DNA from: Malacoraja senta
Lineage: Eukaryota
Length of the DNA: 64,000 nt
Assembly: GCA_038087875.1 (NCBI GenBank)
Contig: CM075995.1
Location: 1,614,001 to 1,678,000, forward strand
Direction: 5' to 3'
Of the stretch, positions 27,219-38,362 are shown one piece after another. A model generated the notes under the pieces. It had not been told where the DNA came from. It did not search any database and saw only the letters and a program-made list of their open reading frames with translations. The position numbers and the translations under genes were made by a program. The number at the start of each line of letters is the position of its first letter. Position 1 is the stretch's first letter.

Positions 27219-27801
27219 AAGGCCTGTCTCACGAGCCTGTGGCCATTGGCGGCAAAACGGGAAGAATCTGCCGCCATAGACCGTGCACTCGTGAGAACGC
27301 ACAATTCCGGGGCCGTGCGGAGTTGTTCCCAACACCGCACGGTGCTAAAATAAAACCTACACTGTTGAAAAATATTTTCCTACCGCACAACCTCCACCAG
27401 TGATGCACGAGTGCGGCACGGCCGCCCGCACGGGCCGCCGCCAGTGTGGCTCGAGCGCCGTGCGTCAAACTTGCACTGCCACAACCTCCGCCAGTGAGGC
27501 ACGTGTGCGGCACGGCCGCAGGCACAGCCACCGCTACAGCGCCGCGATCAGGACGGCCGCCGCCACAGCCGCCGCTCGTGAGTCACGTGCGGCGGGCCGA
27601 CGTCATCGCAGTCGGCCCGCCCTTTTTTTTACTTACCGCAAGCACGTGGGACCAGCCGTATTTGAATCACTCGGCCCCCGCGCAGCATCCGTGCGGCGCT
27701 CCCGTGGATAGGCTCGGCGTTCTCGCCGTTGCCGTGCGGTCCATTCTACAGGCGAAGCCGCGCTTCACCGCCGATGACCGCAAACACGTAAGACAGAGTC
27801 T
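27219..27801. mobile_element. GC/CpG-rich ~580-bp TIR element (Harbinger-like MITE), copy 1
   Basis: Termini AAGGCCTGTCTCACG / CGTAAGACAGAGTCT in a TTAA/TWA context. A close inverted homolog lies at 45563-46167. Confidence 0.8.
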
Positions 27802-27949
27802 TAAGTTCTTGGCGGTTCCCCCCATGCCGGGACCTCCTTTGTTTGTCCCCAACCCTTTGTGGTCCCCCCCCCCCCGCACACTGGGTCGTCCTTGGATTCC
27901 CCTCCCTCCCCCCCTCATGGCAGTCCCCCACGCCAGGTCCTTCATTGTT

Positions 27950-28580
27950 ACATAGAAACATAGAAACATAGAAAATAGGTGCAGGAGTAGGCCATTCGGC
28001 CCTTCGAGCCTGCACCGCCATTCAATATGATCATGGCTGATCATCCAACTCAGTATCCTGTACCTGCCTTCTCTCCATACCCCCTGATCCCTTTAGCCAC
28101 AAGGGCCACATCTAACTCCCTCTTAAATATGGCCTCAACTACCTTCTGTGGCAGAGAATTCCACAGATTTACCACTCTCTGTGTGAAAAATGTTTTTCTC
28201 ATCTCGGTCCTAAAAGACTTCCCCCTTATCCTTAAACTGTGACCCCTTGTTCTGGACTTCCCCAACATCGAGAACAATCTTCCTGCATCTAGCCTGTCCA
28301 ACCCCTTAAGAATGTTGTAATTTTCTATAAGATCCCCCCTCAATCTTCTAAATTCTAGCGAGTACAAGCCGAGTCTATCCAGTCTTTCTTCATATGAAAG
28401 CCCTGCCATCCCAGGAATCAGTCTGGTGAACCTTCTCTGTACTCCCTCTATGGCAAGAATGTCTTTCCTCAGATTAGGAGACCAAAACTGTAGGCAATAC
28501 TCCAGGTGTGGTCTCACCAAGACCCTGTACAACTGCAGTAGAACCTTCCTGCTCCTATACTCAAATCCTTTTGCTATGTT
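27950..28580 (-). mobile_element. CR1 LINE 3' fragment with (CTATGTTT)n tail
   Basis: ORF 28050-28682 ([19 protein letters not shown]...SRTRGHSL). Confidence 0.9.
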
Positions 28581-29061
28581 CTCCCCCTTCCCCTCACGGC
28601 GGTTCCCCCAACCAGGGTCATCCTTTGTTCTGTGGATTTGCCAATCTGTGGAATTCTCGGCCCATTCACAGGATGTATTCAAGAGAAAGTTAGATAGAGC
28701 TCTTAGGGACAGTTTCTTCCCAGCTGTTATCAGGCAACTGAATCATCCTACTGCAACCAGAGAGCAGTGCTGAACTACTATCTACCTTATTTGTGATCCT
28801 CGGACTTTAATGGCTTTACCTTGCACTGAGCGTTATCATGTATCTATACACTGTAAACGGCTCAATTGTAATGATGGATTTTTTTTTCCGCTGACTGGTT
28901 AACACGCAATAAAAGCATTTCATTTACCTCGGTACACATGACAATGAACTAAACTAACTAAGTAGGTTTGGAGAGATATGGGCCAAACGTGGGCAGGTGG
29001 GACTAGTGTAAATGGGGACGAGCTGGGCCGAAGGGCCTGTTTCCACACAGTATGACTATGA

Positions 29062-29367
29062 CTTCCTTACTTACTGCCTATTATGCCTCCTGGCATGTAG
29101 GGACAGCAACAAAGGTCCTCCACTCAGTAGTGTTGATTCCTTCAGTTGCTGTTTCCGTAACATATTTCTTTTACGAGACAGGGTTGATAGCCCTGTGCTC
29201 AACCTCCAACCTGGAGGACCAGTGGATCGCTCTTCGTCTCGCCTCTACCCTTCGACCTGTCCAGCAAGGGAGACCCGAACAGGAGAGGAATCTCCCGCTG
29301 GCATAGTTCTAGGGGTCACTGAGACACACAAGCTCCCCGACCATGACAAGGTTGCAATCCAACGGGG
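29062..29367 (-). mobile_element. Short internally deleted (bipartite) RTE-derived non-autonomous retroposon with 13-bp TSD
   Basis: TSD AGTATGACTATGA at 29049-29061 and 29368-29380. The minus strand starts with an RTE/BovB-like 5' UTR (ACCTTGTCATGGTCGGGGAGCTTG...CTATGCC) and ends TGGAGGACCTTTGTTGCTG.CCCTACATGCC...(GTAA)n, an RTE-type 3' end. Family recognised from recall. Confidence 0.75.
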
Positions 29368-29532
29368 AGTATGACTATGAATCTATGACTATATCGGAGG
29401 CCTCGTTGGTGCTTGGAACTCTATTCTCCCCGTGTATCCAGAAATGGAAGTCAAGGTGGGATGAGCAGTGTGGACGGAGAGTCTCGGAAGTGGGTAGAAC
29501 CAACTCGATCAAGCCCAACCTACTAAGCCAAA

Positions 29533-30350
29533 GTAAGTAAGTAAGTAAGTAAGTTTATTGGCCAAGTATTCACATACAAGGAATTTGCCTTGGTGCTCCG
29601 CCCACAAGTAACAACATGACTTCGGCCCAGCTCGTCCCCATCTACACTAGTCCCACCTGCCCACGTTTGGCCCATATCTCTCCAAACCTACTTAGTTAGT
29701 TTAGTTCATTGTCATGTGTACCGAGGTAAATGAAATGCTTTTATTGCGTGTTAACCAGTCAGCGGAAAAAAAACAACATGACATACAGTGACAGTTACGA
29801 ATGACTCAGAAAACACTAAACATTAATAATAATAAAACATTAATGATAAAACACCATTGATCAAGCATGTGAACCAACAAAATACCAGATCAAAGGGAGG
29901 CTACAGATTTTTGGCTGTTGAGTAGAGCAACTACTCGTGGATAAAAACTGTTTTTATGTCTGGCTGTGGCAGCTTTGACAATCCGGAGTCGCCTTCCAGA
30001 GGGAAGTGATTCAAAGAGTTTGTGGCCAGGGTGAGAGGGGTCAGAGATGATCTTGCCCGCTCGCTTCCTGGCCCTTGCAGTGTACAGTCCATCAATGGAG
30101 GGAAGGTTGCAGCCAATAATCTTCTCTGCTGATCGGACGATTCGCTGCAGCCTCAAGGTGTCGTGTTTGGTGGCTGAGCCAAACCAGACCATGATGGAGA
30201 AGGTGAGAACAGACTCTACGATGGCCGTGTAGAATTGGACCATCATTGCCTGTGGCAGATTGTGCTTCCTCAGCTGCTGTAGGAAGTACATCCTCTGTTG
30301 TGCCTTTTTGACTGTGGAGTCAATGTTCGCCCCCCCACTTAAGGTCCTTG
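29533..30350 (-). mobile_element. Rex1/Babar 3' fragment with (CTTA)n tail
   Basis: ORF 29890-30291 (MYFLQQLRK...ESVLTFSIMVWFG...LPSGRRLR). Confidence 0.88.
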
Positions 30351-30559
30351 TTATGGTACAGCCCTGGAGTTGAGTTTAGTTTGTTGTACTGAGGTACAGA
30401 GATAATAATAAAACATTAATGATAAAACACCATTGATCAAGCATGTGAACCAACAAAATACCAGATCAAAGGGAGGCTAGTGGGAAGACAATACATGATT
30501 ACAATCGAGTCCATCCACGGTGTACAGATACATGACAAAGGGAATAATGTGAAGTGTAA

Positions 30560-30956
30560 AGGGCCTGTCCCACTGTACGAGGTAATTCAAGAGCTCTCCC
30601 GAGTTAAACAAAAAATCAAACTCGTGGTAAGCATGTAGAATGTACGTAGCGGGTACGTCGGAGCTCGGGGACGTCTCTTAGCGGCTCTTAACGCTAACAG
30701 CAGGTACTCGGGAAACGCGGTAAGCTCGTGAAGACTCGTGAACATTTTTCAACATGTTCACGACATTGTGTGAATTCGATGTGGATTAGTGTGGATTCAA
30801 ACACAACATTCACAACATGTTCATTTTTCAACATGTTGAAAAATGTCCACGAGAGCCCCGAGTACCTACGGGCGGCCATTACCGTAATTCTCCGAGTTCG
30901 AATCAGGGGAAACTCGGGAGAACTCTTGAATTAGCTCGTACAGTGGGACAGGCCCT
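30560..30956. mobile_element. PIF/Harbinger-type MITE with TAA TSD
   Basis: TAA|AGGGCCTGTCCCACTGTACGAG...CTCGTACAGTGGGACAGGCCCT|TAA. Same family as 36110-36440, with an extra ~80-bp internal insertion. Confidence 0.9.
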
Positions 30957-32746
30957 TAAGATTAAGTCCAGTGAAGTCCAATCAAAGATAGTCTGAGGGT
31001 CTCCAATGAGGTAGATAGTAGCTCAGGACTGCTCTCTAGTTGTTGGTAGGATGGTTCAGTTGCCTGATAACAGCTGGGAAGAAACTGTCCCTGACTCTGG
31101 TGGTGTGCTTTTTCATACCTCTATACCTTTCGCCCGATGGGAGAGGGGGGAAGAGGCAGTGGCCGGGGTGAGACGGGTCCTTGATTATGCTGCTGGCCTG
31201 GAAGTGAAGTGTAGATGGAGTCAATGGAAGGGAGGTCGGTTGCCTGTGATGGTCTGTGGCTGCGTCCACAATTCTCTACGATCCGTTATCGAGGCAGAGT
31301 GAGGCGTAAACCCTGGTCACGGCACCAACACAAACACAGAGGAAACACTTGCAAAGTCCCGACGAACACACAAAAAAGGCTCTGGAATCAATCGCCGTCC
31401 TCTGGTAAACTGTTCCACCAGATGGGAAGATCTTGAAAGTGGAGAGCTGTCAACAGCTCAAAAGGTGTTTGGAATAACTAAAAAGAAAACAGCTTGCCTG
31501 GATTGAGGCATCCGAGCATCTGCTCCTTCCAATCATAGGGAATCGAAAAAACAAGCCTGTTTAATCTCACTTCACCAACTGGCAGCGATCGGGACTCTGA
31601 GAAACTGAGGCTCCAGCCCAAAAAGTTATCAAGGAATATGCCTGCAAGGTCTTGGCAAAGCCACAGAGCAATACTGTTCAGAAGTTCAGAAGTGCTAGGA
31701 GCAGAGTAAGGCCATTCAGCCCATCCAGTCTACTCTAACATTCAATGATCACAATGAATGGTGGTGCTGGCTCGAAGGGCCGAACGGCCTCCTCCTGCAC
31801 CTATTTTCTGTTTCTATGTTTCTATGTTTCAATCATGGCCGGCCTATCTCTCCCTGCTAACCCCATTCTCCTGCCTTCGCCCCATAACCCTTGTCACCCG
31901 TACTAATCAAGAATCTACCGTATCAATCTCTGCCTTAAAAATATCCATGGACTTGGCCTCCACGGCCTTCTGTGACAATGAATTTCTACAGATTTACCAC
32001 CCTCTGACTAAAGAAATTCCCTTTCTAAAGGTACATCCTTTCATTCTGAGGCTGTGCCCTCTGGTCCTAGACTCTCCCACTAGTGGAAACATCCTCTCCA
32101 CATTCAAAATGTGTTGAAAGGGCTGATCACTGCAGATTCAATTAGAACACTAAGGGGGGGGGGGGGGACTGAGGAAGATGTACCAATGACAGGGAAGCAA
32201 GGATGCGAACACTAAAACTAGTAGTTCAAGTCAAGTTCAAGTGAGTTTATTGTCATGTGTCCCTGATAGGACAATGAAATTCTTGCTTTGCTTCAGCACA
32301 ACAGAACATAGTAGGCATTGACTACAAAACAGATCAGTGTGTCCATATACCATTTTATAAATATATACACACATGAATAAATAAACTGATAAAGTGAAAA
32401 TAACAGATAATGGGCTATTAATGTTCAGAGTTTTGTCCGAGCCAAGTTTAATAGCCTGATGGCTGTGGGGAAGTAGCTATTCCTACAAGGACAACTAGGA
32501 TAGGGGAATGGGAGCGAGAGGGGGAAACTCCTGCATTGGTTTGACTCCTACATTCTTTAACCCCCCCCCCCTTTCATCACTAGCCACCAACCCAACCATG
32601 GAATTCCTACTAGTTACTCCTGTGATAGGCAGAGCAATGTGTACTGGTTACTCCTGTGATAGGCTGGTTACTCCTGTGATAGGCAGAGCAATGTGTACTG
32701 GTTACTCCTGCCCTAAAACAAGATAAGACAGATATGGAACACTAAT

Positions 32747-32970
32747 GTGTAGGCAGGAACTGCAGATGCTGGTTTACACCGAAGATAGACACAAAATGCC
32801 GGAGTAACTCAGCGGGACAGGCAGCATCTCTGGAGAGAAGGAATGGGTGACGTTTCAGGTCTCGACCCTTCTTCAGACAAAAGAGTCTCGACCCGAAACG
32901 TCACCCGTTCCTTCCCTCCAGAGATGCTGCCTGTCCCGCTGAGTTACTCCAGCATTTTGTGCCTTTCTAT
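32747..32970. mobile_element. Inverted pair of Penelope-derived terminal-repeat units (representative)
   Basis: GGAGTAACTCAGCGGGACAGGCAGCATCTCTGGAG...GGGTGACGTTTC is followed by its reverse complement. The unit contains a CTGAAGA-GGGTC/GACCC-GAAACGTC hammerhead-like motif. Similar units occur near 5950, 6620, 13980, 23570, 23870, 24130, 25120-25240, 25555-25775, 26150, 33100, 39093-39510, 46290-46425, 51340, 58715-58850 and 60495-60800. Confidence 0.75.
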
Positions 32971-33351
32971 GGAAGAATCAACTCGGTGGATTGAGAGATC
33001 TGATTCAACTCATGTAGATTTTTCTCAGCTATTGTAATTACCCTGTCACCTTCCAGAAATAAATCCCCCAATCCACCGAGTTTATTATTTCCATGGGTAG
33101 ACACAAAAAGCTGGAGTACCTCAGCAGGACAGGCAGCATCTCTGGAGAGAACGACTGGGTGACGTTTCGGGACGAGACGCTTCTTCAGACTTAAGTTGAA
33201 TCAAACATTGGTACTTCAGGATGCAGGAAGAATCATTAAATAAATTAATCTGTCACGATATGGTCAAATCCCGACAGAAATCTCAAAAGCTATAAGCTGA
33301 AGGGAATGGTGGATTACCTCCTCATCTGCCTTTAGGCTGGATGGAAGACAT

Positions 33352-33769
33352 GGTACCCAGACGGGACGTCGAAGGACGGGAAGCCGAAGATAAGAAGTGG
33401 AAGCCAAGATGCCGAAAGGCGTTGTGTCCGTTCAGCGTCGTGTCCGTTCAGCGTTGTGTCCTTTCAGCGTTGTGTCCGTTCAGCGTTGTGTCCTTTCAGC
33501 GTTGTGTCCGTTCAGCGTTGTGTCCTTTCAGCGTTGTGTCCGTTCAGCATCGTGTCCGTTCAGCGTCGTGTCTGTTCAGCGTCGTGTCCGTTCAGCGTTG
33601 TGTTCGTTCAGCATCGTGTCCGTTCAGCGTCGTGTCCGTTCAGCGTTGTGTCCGTTCAGCTTCGTGTCCTTTCGGTGTTGTGTCCGTTCGGTATCTTGGC
33701 TTTTCGGCGTGATGTCCGCTCGGCATCTTGGCTTCGGCTTCTCGTGCTTCGACGTCCTGTCCGCACACG
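33352..33769. mobile_element. Mutator-like non-autonomous DNA transposon with 9-bp TSD and internal minisatellite
   Basis: GGAAGACAT is duplicated at 33343-33351 and 33770-33778. Subterminal inverted repeats are present (GGACGTCGAAG.ACG.GAAGCCGAAG / CTTCGGCTTCTCGTGCTTCGACGTCC). Termini are related to 62648-63356. Confidence 0.7.
33418..33690. repeat. 16-bp minisatellite (CGTTGTGTCCGTTCAG)n, about 17 copies
   Basis: Direct tandem repeat without spacers. The 16-aa periodicity of the overlapping ORFs equals 3 units. Confidence 0.95.
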
Positions 33770-34159
33770 GGAAGACATGACGGAGAATCCCTAATGGCAA
33801 AGAAGTCACGGAGTGGCGCAGCTAGTAGAGCTGCTGCCACACAGTGCCAGAGGCCCGGGTTCCATCCTGACCTCGGGTGCTGTCCGTGTGGAGTTTGCAC
33901 GTACTCCCAATCTGACCGTGTGGGTTTCATCCGGGTGCTCCGGTTTCCTCTCACATCCCAAAGGCTGGGCGGGTTTGTAGGTTAATTGGCCCTTCTGTAA
34001 ATTCCACCTAGCGTGTGAGGAGTGGATGAGAAAGTGGGATGATGTAGAACGAGTGTGAATGGCTGATCACTGGTCGGCATGGACTCTGTGGGCCAATCAA
34101 TGTTACTTCAATCAATGAAGGTATCCAGGGATATTCTTGCTCGGTGCAGTTCAGGTTCA

Positions 34160-35850
34160 GTCAAGTCAAGTCAGGTTCATTTGTCACATATACATACAAG
34201 ATGTGCAGTGAAATGAAAGTGGCAATGCTTGCGGGATTGTGCAAAAACTACAGAACAGAATAGAACAGAATCAGTATTTACATATTAGAAAAAAATGTCC
34301 TCGGACGTTGTGCCCTCCTAAAGTCCACAATCAGCTCCTTAGTTTTTATGACATTCAAGGGGGCTGTTGTCCTGACACCAGAGTGCCAGATCAGCCACCT
34401 CCTCCAGGTTGGCCTTCTCATCGTTATCGGAGATCAGGCCCACCACCACAGTGTCATCAGCAAACTTGATGATAGAGTAGGTATGTTACAAAACTTACCT
34501 TCAGTCGCGCTGTAATTCTGCCACTGGCCGTGTGCGCGATTTTGGCGCCTTTAAGGGGGGGCGGGGTTAAAACGCGGGTTTCTCCTCCCTTGTCCTGGTT
34601 AATATTTTGTTGGAGTACAAGCGTTGGCTGACAAATCGTTCCTAGTGGCCTTTTGTGTATTTTTTATTTTTATTAAATCGTCAATGTCAGCGCTAGAGTA
34701 ATTTTAAAATCAGCTCCTGAAGCGTCAACGCCGATAATGGGGATGGATTTCACACGCGGGACAGGTAAACGAAAGTGGTTTCTTTAAATGTATAAAAGTG
34801 CTTCTCAAGAAGCCTTTAATTCACATTATTTCATGCGACACGGTGATTTTATCCCCCGAATTAACGGCAGTATTTTTCATGCCAATACGGGGTTAAATTC
34901 ACCGCAAATGAACGTTCCAAAAGATCGCGTTCCAGAAATGCTCACACACAAGATGATTTAAATCCCCATTAATTTACAGGTATTAAACATTCAATTCCTT
35001 CCATTTGGCCTGTAAATTCATGAAAATTAGATTTAAAAATTATGTTATATTGTGAATTATTGTGTGAATGTTATTTGGACACTTAGGCTATTTAAAAATG
35101 TTAATCTATTCTTAAAAAATTGATAGATGTTTAGATCTAGTAATTGAATTTTGTAATTAGCTACAATTAGATAACTAACTAATTATATGCTTTACTTTCA
35201 TGTCTTCTAAGTAAGATTGTTTCATATTTGTTTCAGAATGCTTCAATCTATAATAACTGAAAATTTCTTTCAGTTATCTTAATTTTTAAGAAAGTTATGG
35301 GCTTTTCACTGTCCTCGATCACAGCTTTTATGTTAAGTCAATGGAAAAGCAATAGGGAACAAGATGCTAATTTCCGAGTATGAAAATGGCCATAACTTCT
35401 TTAATACTGAAGATATGAAAGTGAATTAGGTGTCAAATTAAACTTCCTTTTATGCTTTATCTGATGGGATAAATTGAAGACTTTATTTTTAAAATCTCAA
35501 AATTTTGTAACATTGCTAGATAGAGATGGAGCTGAACCTGGCCACACAGTCATGTGTGTACAGGGAGTAGAGTAGGGGGCTGAGGACGCAACCCTGGGGG
35601 GATCCTGTGCTCAGGGTGAGGGACTTCGATGTATGTCTTCCCATCTTGCCTACCTGGGGCCTGGCGGTGAGAAAGTCCAGGACCCAGGCACACAGGGGAG
35701 TGTTCAGCCACAGTTCCAGCAGCTTCTCAGCATGTCTGGTGGGGACTATCGTATTGAAGGGTGAACTGAAGTCTATGAACAGCATCCTCACACAGCCCCC
35801 CCCCCCCCCCTTCTGGCTGTCAAGGTGAGAGAGAGCGGTGTGCAGAACCT
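34160..35850 (-). mobile_element. Degenerate Rex1/Babar fragment split by a DNA transposon
   Basis: RMLFIDFSSPFNTI...GSPQGCVLSPLLYSLYTHDCVARFSSISI (35516-35791) continues as IKFADD on the other side of the insertion, below 34477. Confidence 0.85.
34478..35518. mobile_element. ~1.04-kb non-autonomous TIR DNA transposon with 7-bp TSD
   Basis: TIRs TAGGTATGTTACAAAA / TTTTGTAACATTGCTA (14/16 match). GATAGAG is duplicated at 34471-34477 and 35519-35525. Confidence 0.85.
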
Positions 35851-36109
35851 GGAAGACGGGTTGAGAGATACAGCGTGGATACAGGCCCTTCGGCCCTTCC
35901 CGAGTCCCTGCTGATCAACGATGATCCTTACAATAGTTCTATCGTACCCACTCGGGACAATTTTACAGAAACCAATTCACCTACGTCCTTGGGATGTGGG
36001 AGGAAACCGGAGCACCCAGAGAAAACCCACACAGTCACAGGGAGAACGTACAAACTCCATACAGGCAGCACCTGTGATCAGGATTGAACTCGGGTCTCAG
36101 GCACTGTAA

Positions 36110-36440
36110 TAGCCCTGTCCCACGGTACGAGTTCATTCCAAGAGCTCTCCCGAGTTTAAAAAAAAATCAAACTCGTGGTAAGCACGGAGAATGAACGTAG
36201 CGGGTACGTCGGAGCTCGGGGACGTCTCTTAGCGGCTCGTTACGCTAACGGCAGGTACTCGGGAAGACTCGCTAACGGCAGGTAAGCACGGGAAGACTCG
36301 TGAAGATTTTTCAACACGTTGAAAAATGTCCACGAGAGCCCCGAGTACCGATGAGTGGCCATTACCGTAAATCTCCGAGTTCGAATCAGAGCAAACTCGA
36401 CAGAGCTCTTGGAATGAACTCGTACCGTGGGACAGGGCTG
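36110..36440. mobile_element. PIF/Harbinger-type MITE with TAA TSD, inserted in an HE1 SINE
   Basis: TAA|TAGCCCTGTCCCACGGTACGAGTTCATTCCAAGAG...CTCTTGGAATGAACTCGTACCGTGGGACAGGGCTG|TAA. Removing it restores the SINE sequence CTGTAAGGCGGCAACTC. Confidence 0.93.
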
Positions 36441-38362
36441 TAAGGCGGCAACTCTACTGCTGCGCCACCGTGCCGCCCACAGTTAGGAGAGTACTTATTG
36501 TGGTCTTGTACCTACAGTAAATGCTCCAGATTCCCCTCATGGAGAAACTTTGTCCAATGAGCCAATGTATTTTTGGAGCGAGACAACCAAAATACCAATT
36601 GTTGTGAGCTCACTAAAGCTAGCTGGAGCAGGTGGGCACGGTGGCGCAGCGGTAGAGCCGTTGCCTTACAGCACCAGAGACACGGGTTTGATCCTGACTG
36701 AGGGTGCTGTTTGTTTGAATTTTTTTAGCGTTCTCCCCGTGACCTGCGTGGGTTTTCTCCGAGATCTCCACTTTCCTCCCACACTCCAAAAACATACAGG
36801 TTTGTAAGCTAATTGGCTTTGGTGAAATTGTAAATTGTCTCTAGTGTGTGTAAGATATTGTCAGTGTGCGGGGATCGCTGGTCAGTGCAGACTCGGTGGG
36901 CCGAAGGGCTGCTTCCGTGCTGTATTTCTAAACTAAACTAAACTAAATAATGCAACAAAAACAAGATATCCAATGACATTGCATTTCATAGAAACATAGA
37001 AAATAGGTGCAGGTCGGCCATTCGGCCTTTCGAGCCAGCACTGCCATTCAATATGACCGTGGCTGATCATCCAAAATCAGTACCCTGTTCCTGCTTTCTC
37101 CCCATAATCCCTTGATTCCGTTAGCCCTAAAAGCTAAATCCAACTCTCTCTTGAAAACATCCAGTGAATTGGCCTCCACTGCCTTCTGTGGCAGAGAATT
37201 CCCCTTTAAAAAATACTCAGCCAGAGCAGATTTGAAATATTTTGAAAAGTTAATCATCACAACTTTCTTTCCCTTTTCCAAGAGTTTGAAAATATAATGA
37301 AGACAAGCAAGCTGTAGAAAATGACACCTCATCTGAGATTAATGTTGACATTGGATCATAGCAAGGCGACATCCTGGTACCCACAGGCATTTGGCAGCTT
37401 CTGTTTTACTCAAATATGCTTTTCAAAAATAAGCTGAAATTACAATTTCTAATGTCATCGGTTCACGTTATAGGAGCATAACGAGGCCATTCGGCCCACG
37501 TCTATTCCGCCATTGAATCATGGCTGATCTATCAGCTTTTCACTGTACCTCAGTAGACACTAAACTAAATTAAACAGATCTCTCCCTCCCAACCTCATTC
37601 TCCTGCCTTCTCCCCATAACCCCTGACTCCTGTACTAATCAAGAATTAGTCCATTTCCTCCTTAAAAATATCCATTGATTTGGCCTCCACAGCTGTCTGT
37701 GGCAATGAATTCCACAGATTCACCACTATCCGACTAAATAAACTCCTCCTCATCTCCTTTCTAAAGGTACGTCCTTTTATTCTGAGGTGATGTCCTCTGG
37801 TCCTCGACTCTCCCAACTAGTGGAAACATCCCTTCCACATACACTCTTTCCAAGCTTTTCACTATTCAGTAAGTTTCAATGAGGTCCCCCCCTCCCCTCA
37901 TCCTTCCAAATTGATAGAGAATTGATAGAGGATTGTTCAATAAGATGTGGTTTGGAGTGTAAGTCCCGCTGATGGCCCACTGTTAAACATGAAGAATCTG
38001 TAGAACAGAGGCTGGTGAGAAGTGATTCAGAGAGACGCCTTACACAGGGCATCAATGTTATGGCCAGGTTCACGAACAGCTTCTTCTCCACAGCCATCAG
38101 GCTATTAAACACTACAACCTCCAAATAAGCTCTGAACTACATAGACTTAGGGGCATTGGTTTTGTCTTTACGCACTATTAGTGTTTGTTTGTTCACATGT
38201 TTCTGTGTGTGTGTGTGTGTGTGTACTGTATGTGTATCTATATATATACACACACACACACACGTATATAAATATATATACGTATATATATGTGTGTGTG
38301 TGCAGGAAGGAACTACAGATGCAGGAATAGACAAATATCCAATTATTCTAATATTCGATAAA

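Noticed and set aside
27229..27955. Cluster of Ala/Arg/Pro-rich ORFs
   Set aside because: GC-rich MITE sequence lacking stops in several frames and repeated at 45.6-46.2 kb. No protein motifs.
29442..29532. Apparent exon (CAG|AAATGG...CAAA|GTAAGT)
   Set aside because: The donor is the (TAAG)n tail of the adjacent Rex1 copy, and the peptide (WKSRWD...GR...IKP) resembles a decayed non-LTR retrotransposon fragment.
32612..32710. Short tandem duplication (GTTACTCCTGTGATAGGC...) as a functional array
   Set aside because: Only about two composite units, consistent with ordinary slippage.
33418..33690. CRISPR-like array
   Set aside because: Head-to-tail 16-bp units with no unique spacers, inside a eukaryotic transposon, and no cas genes.
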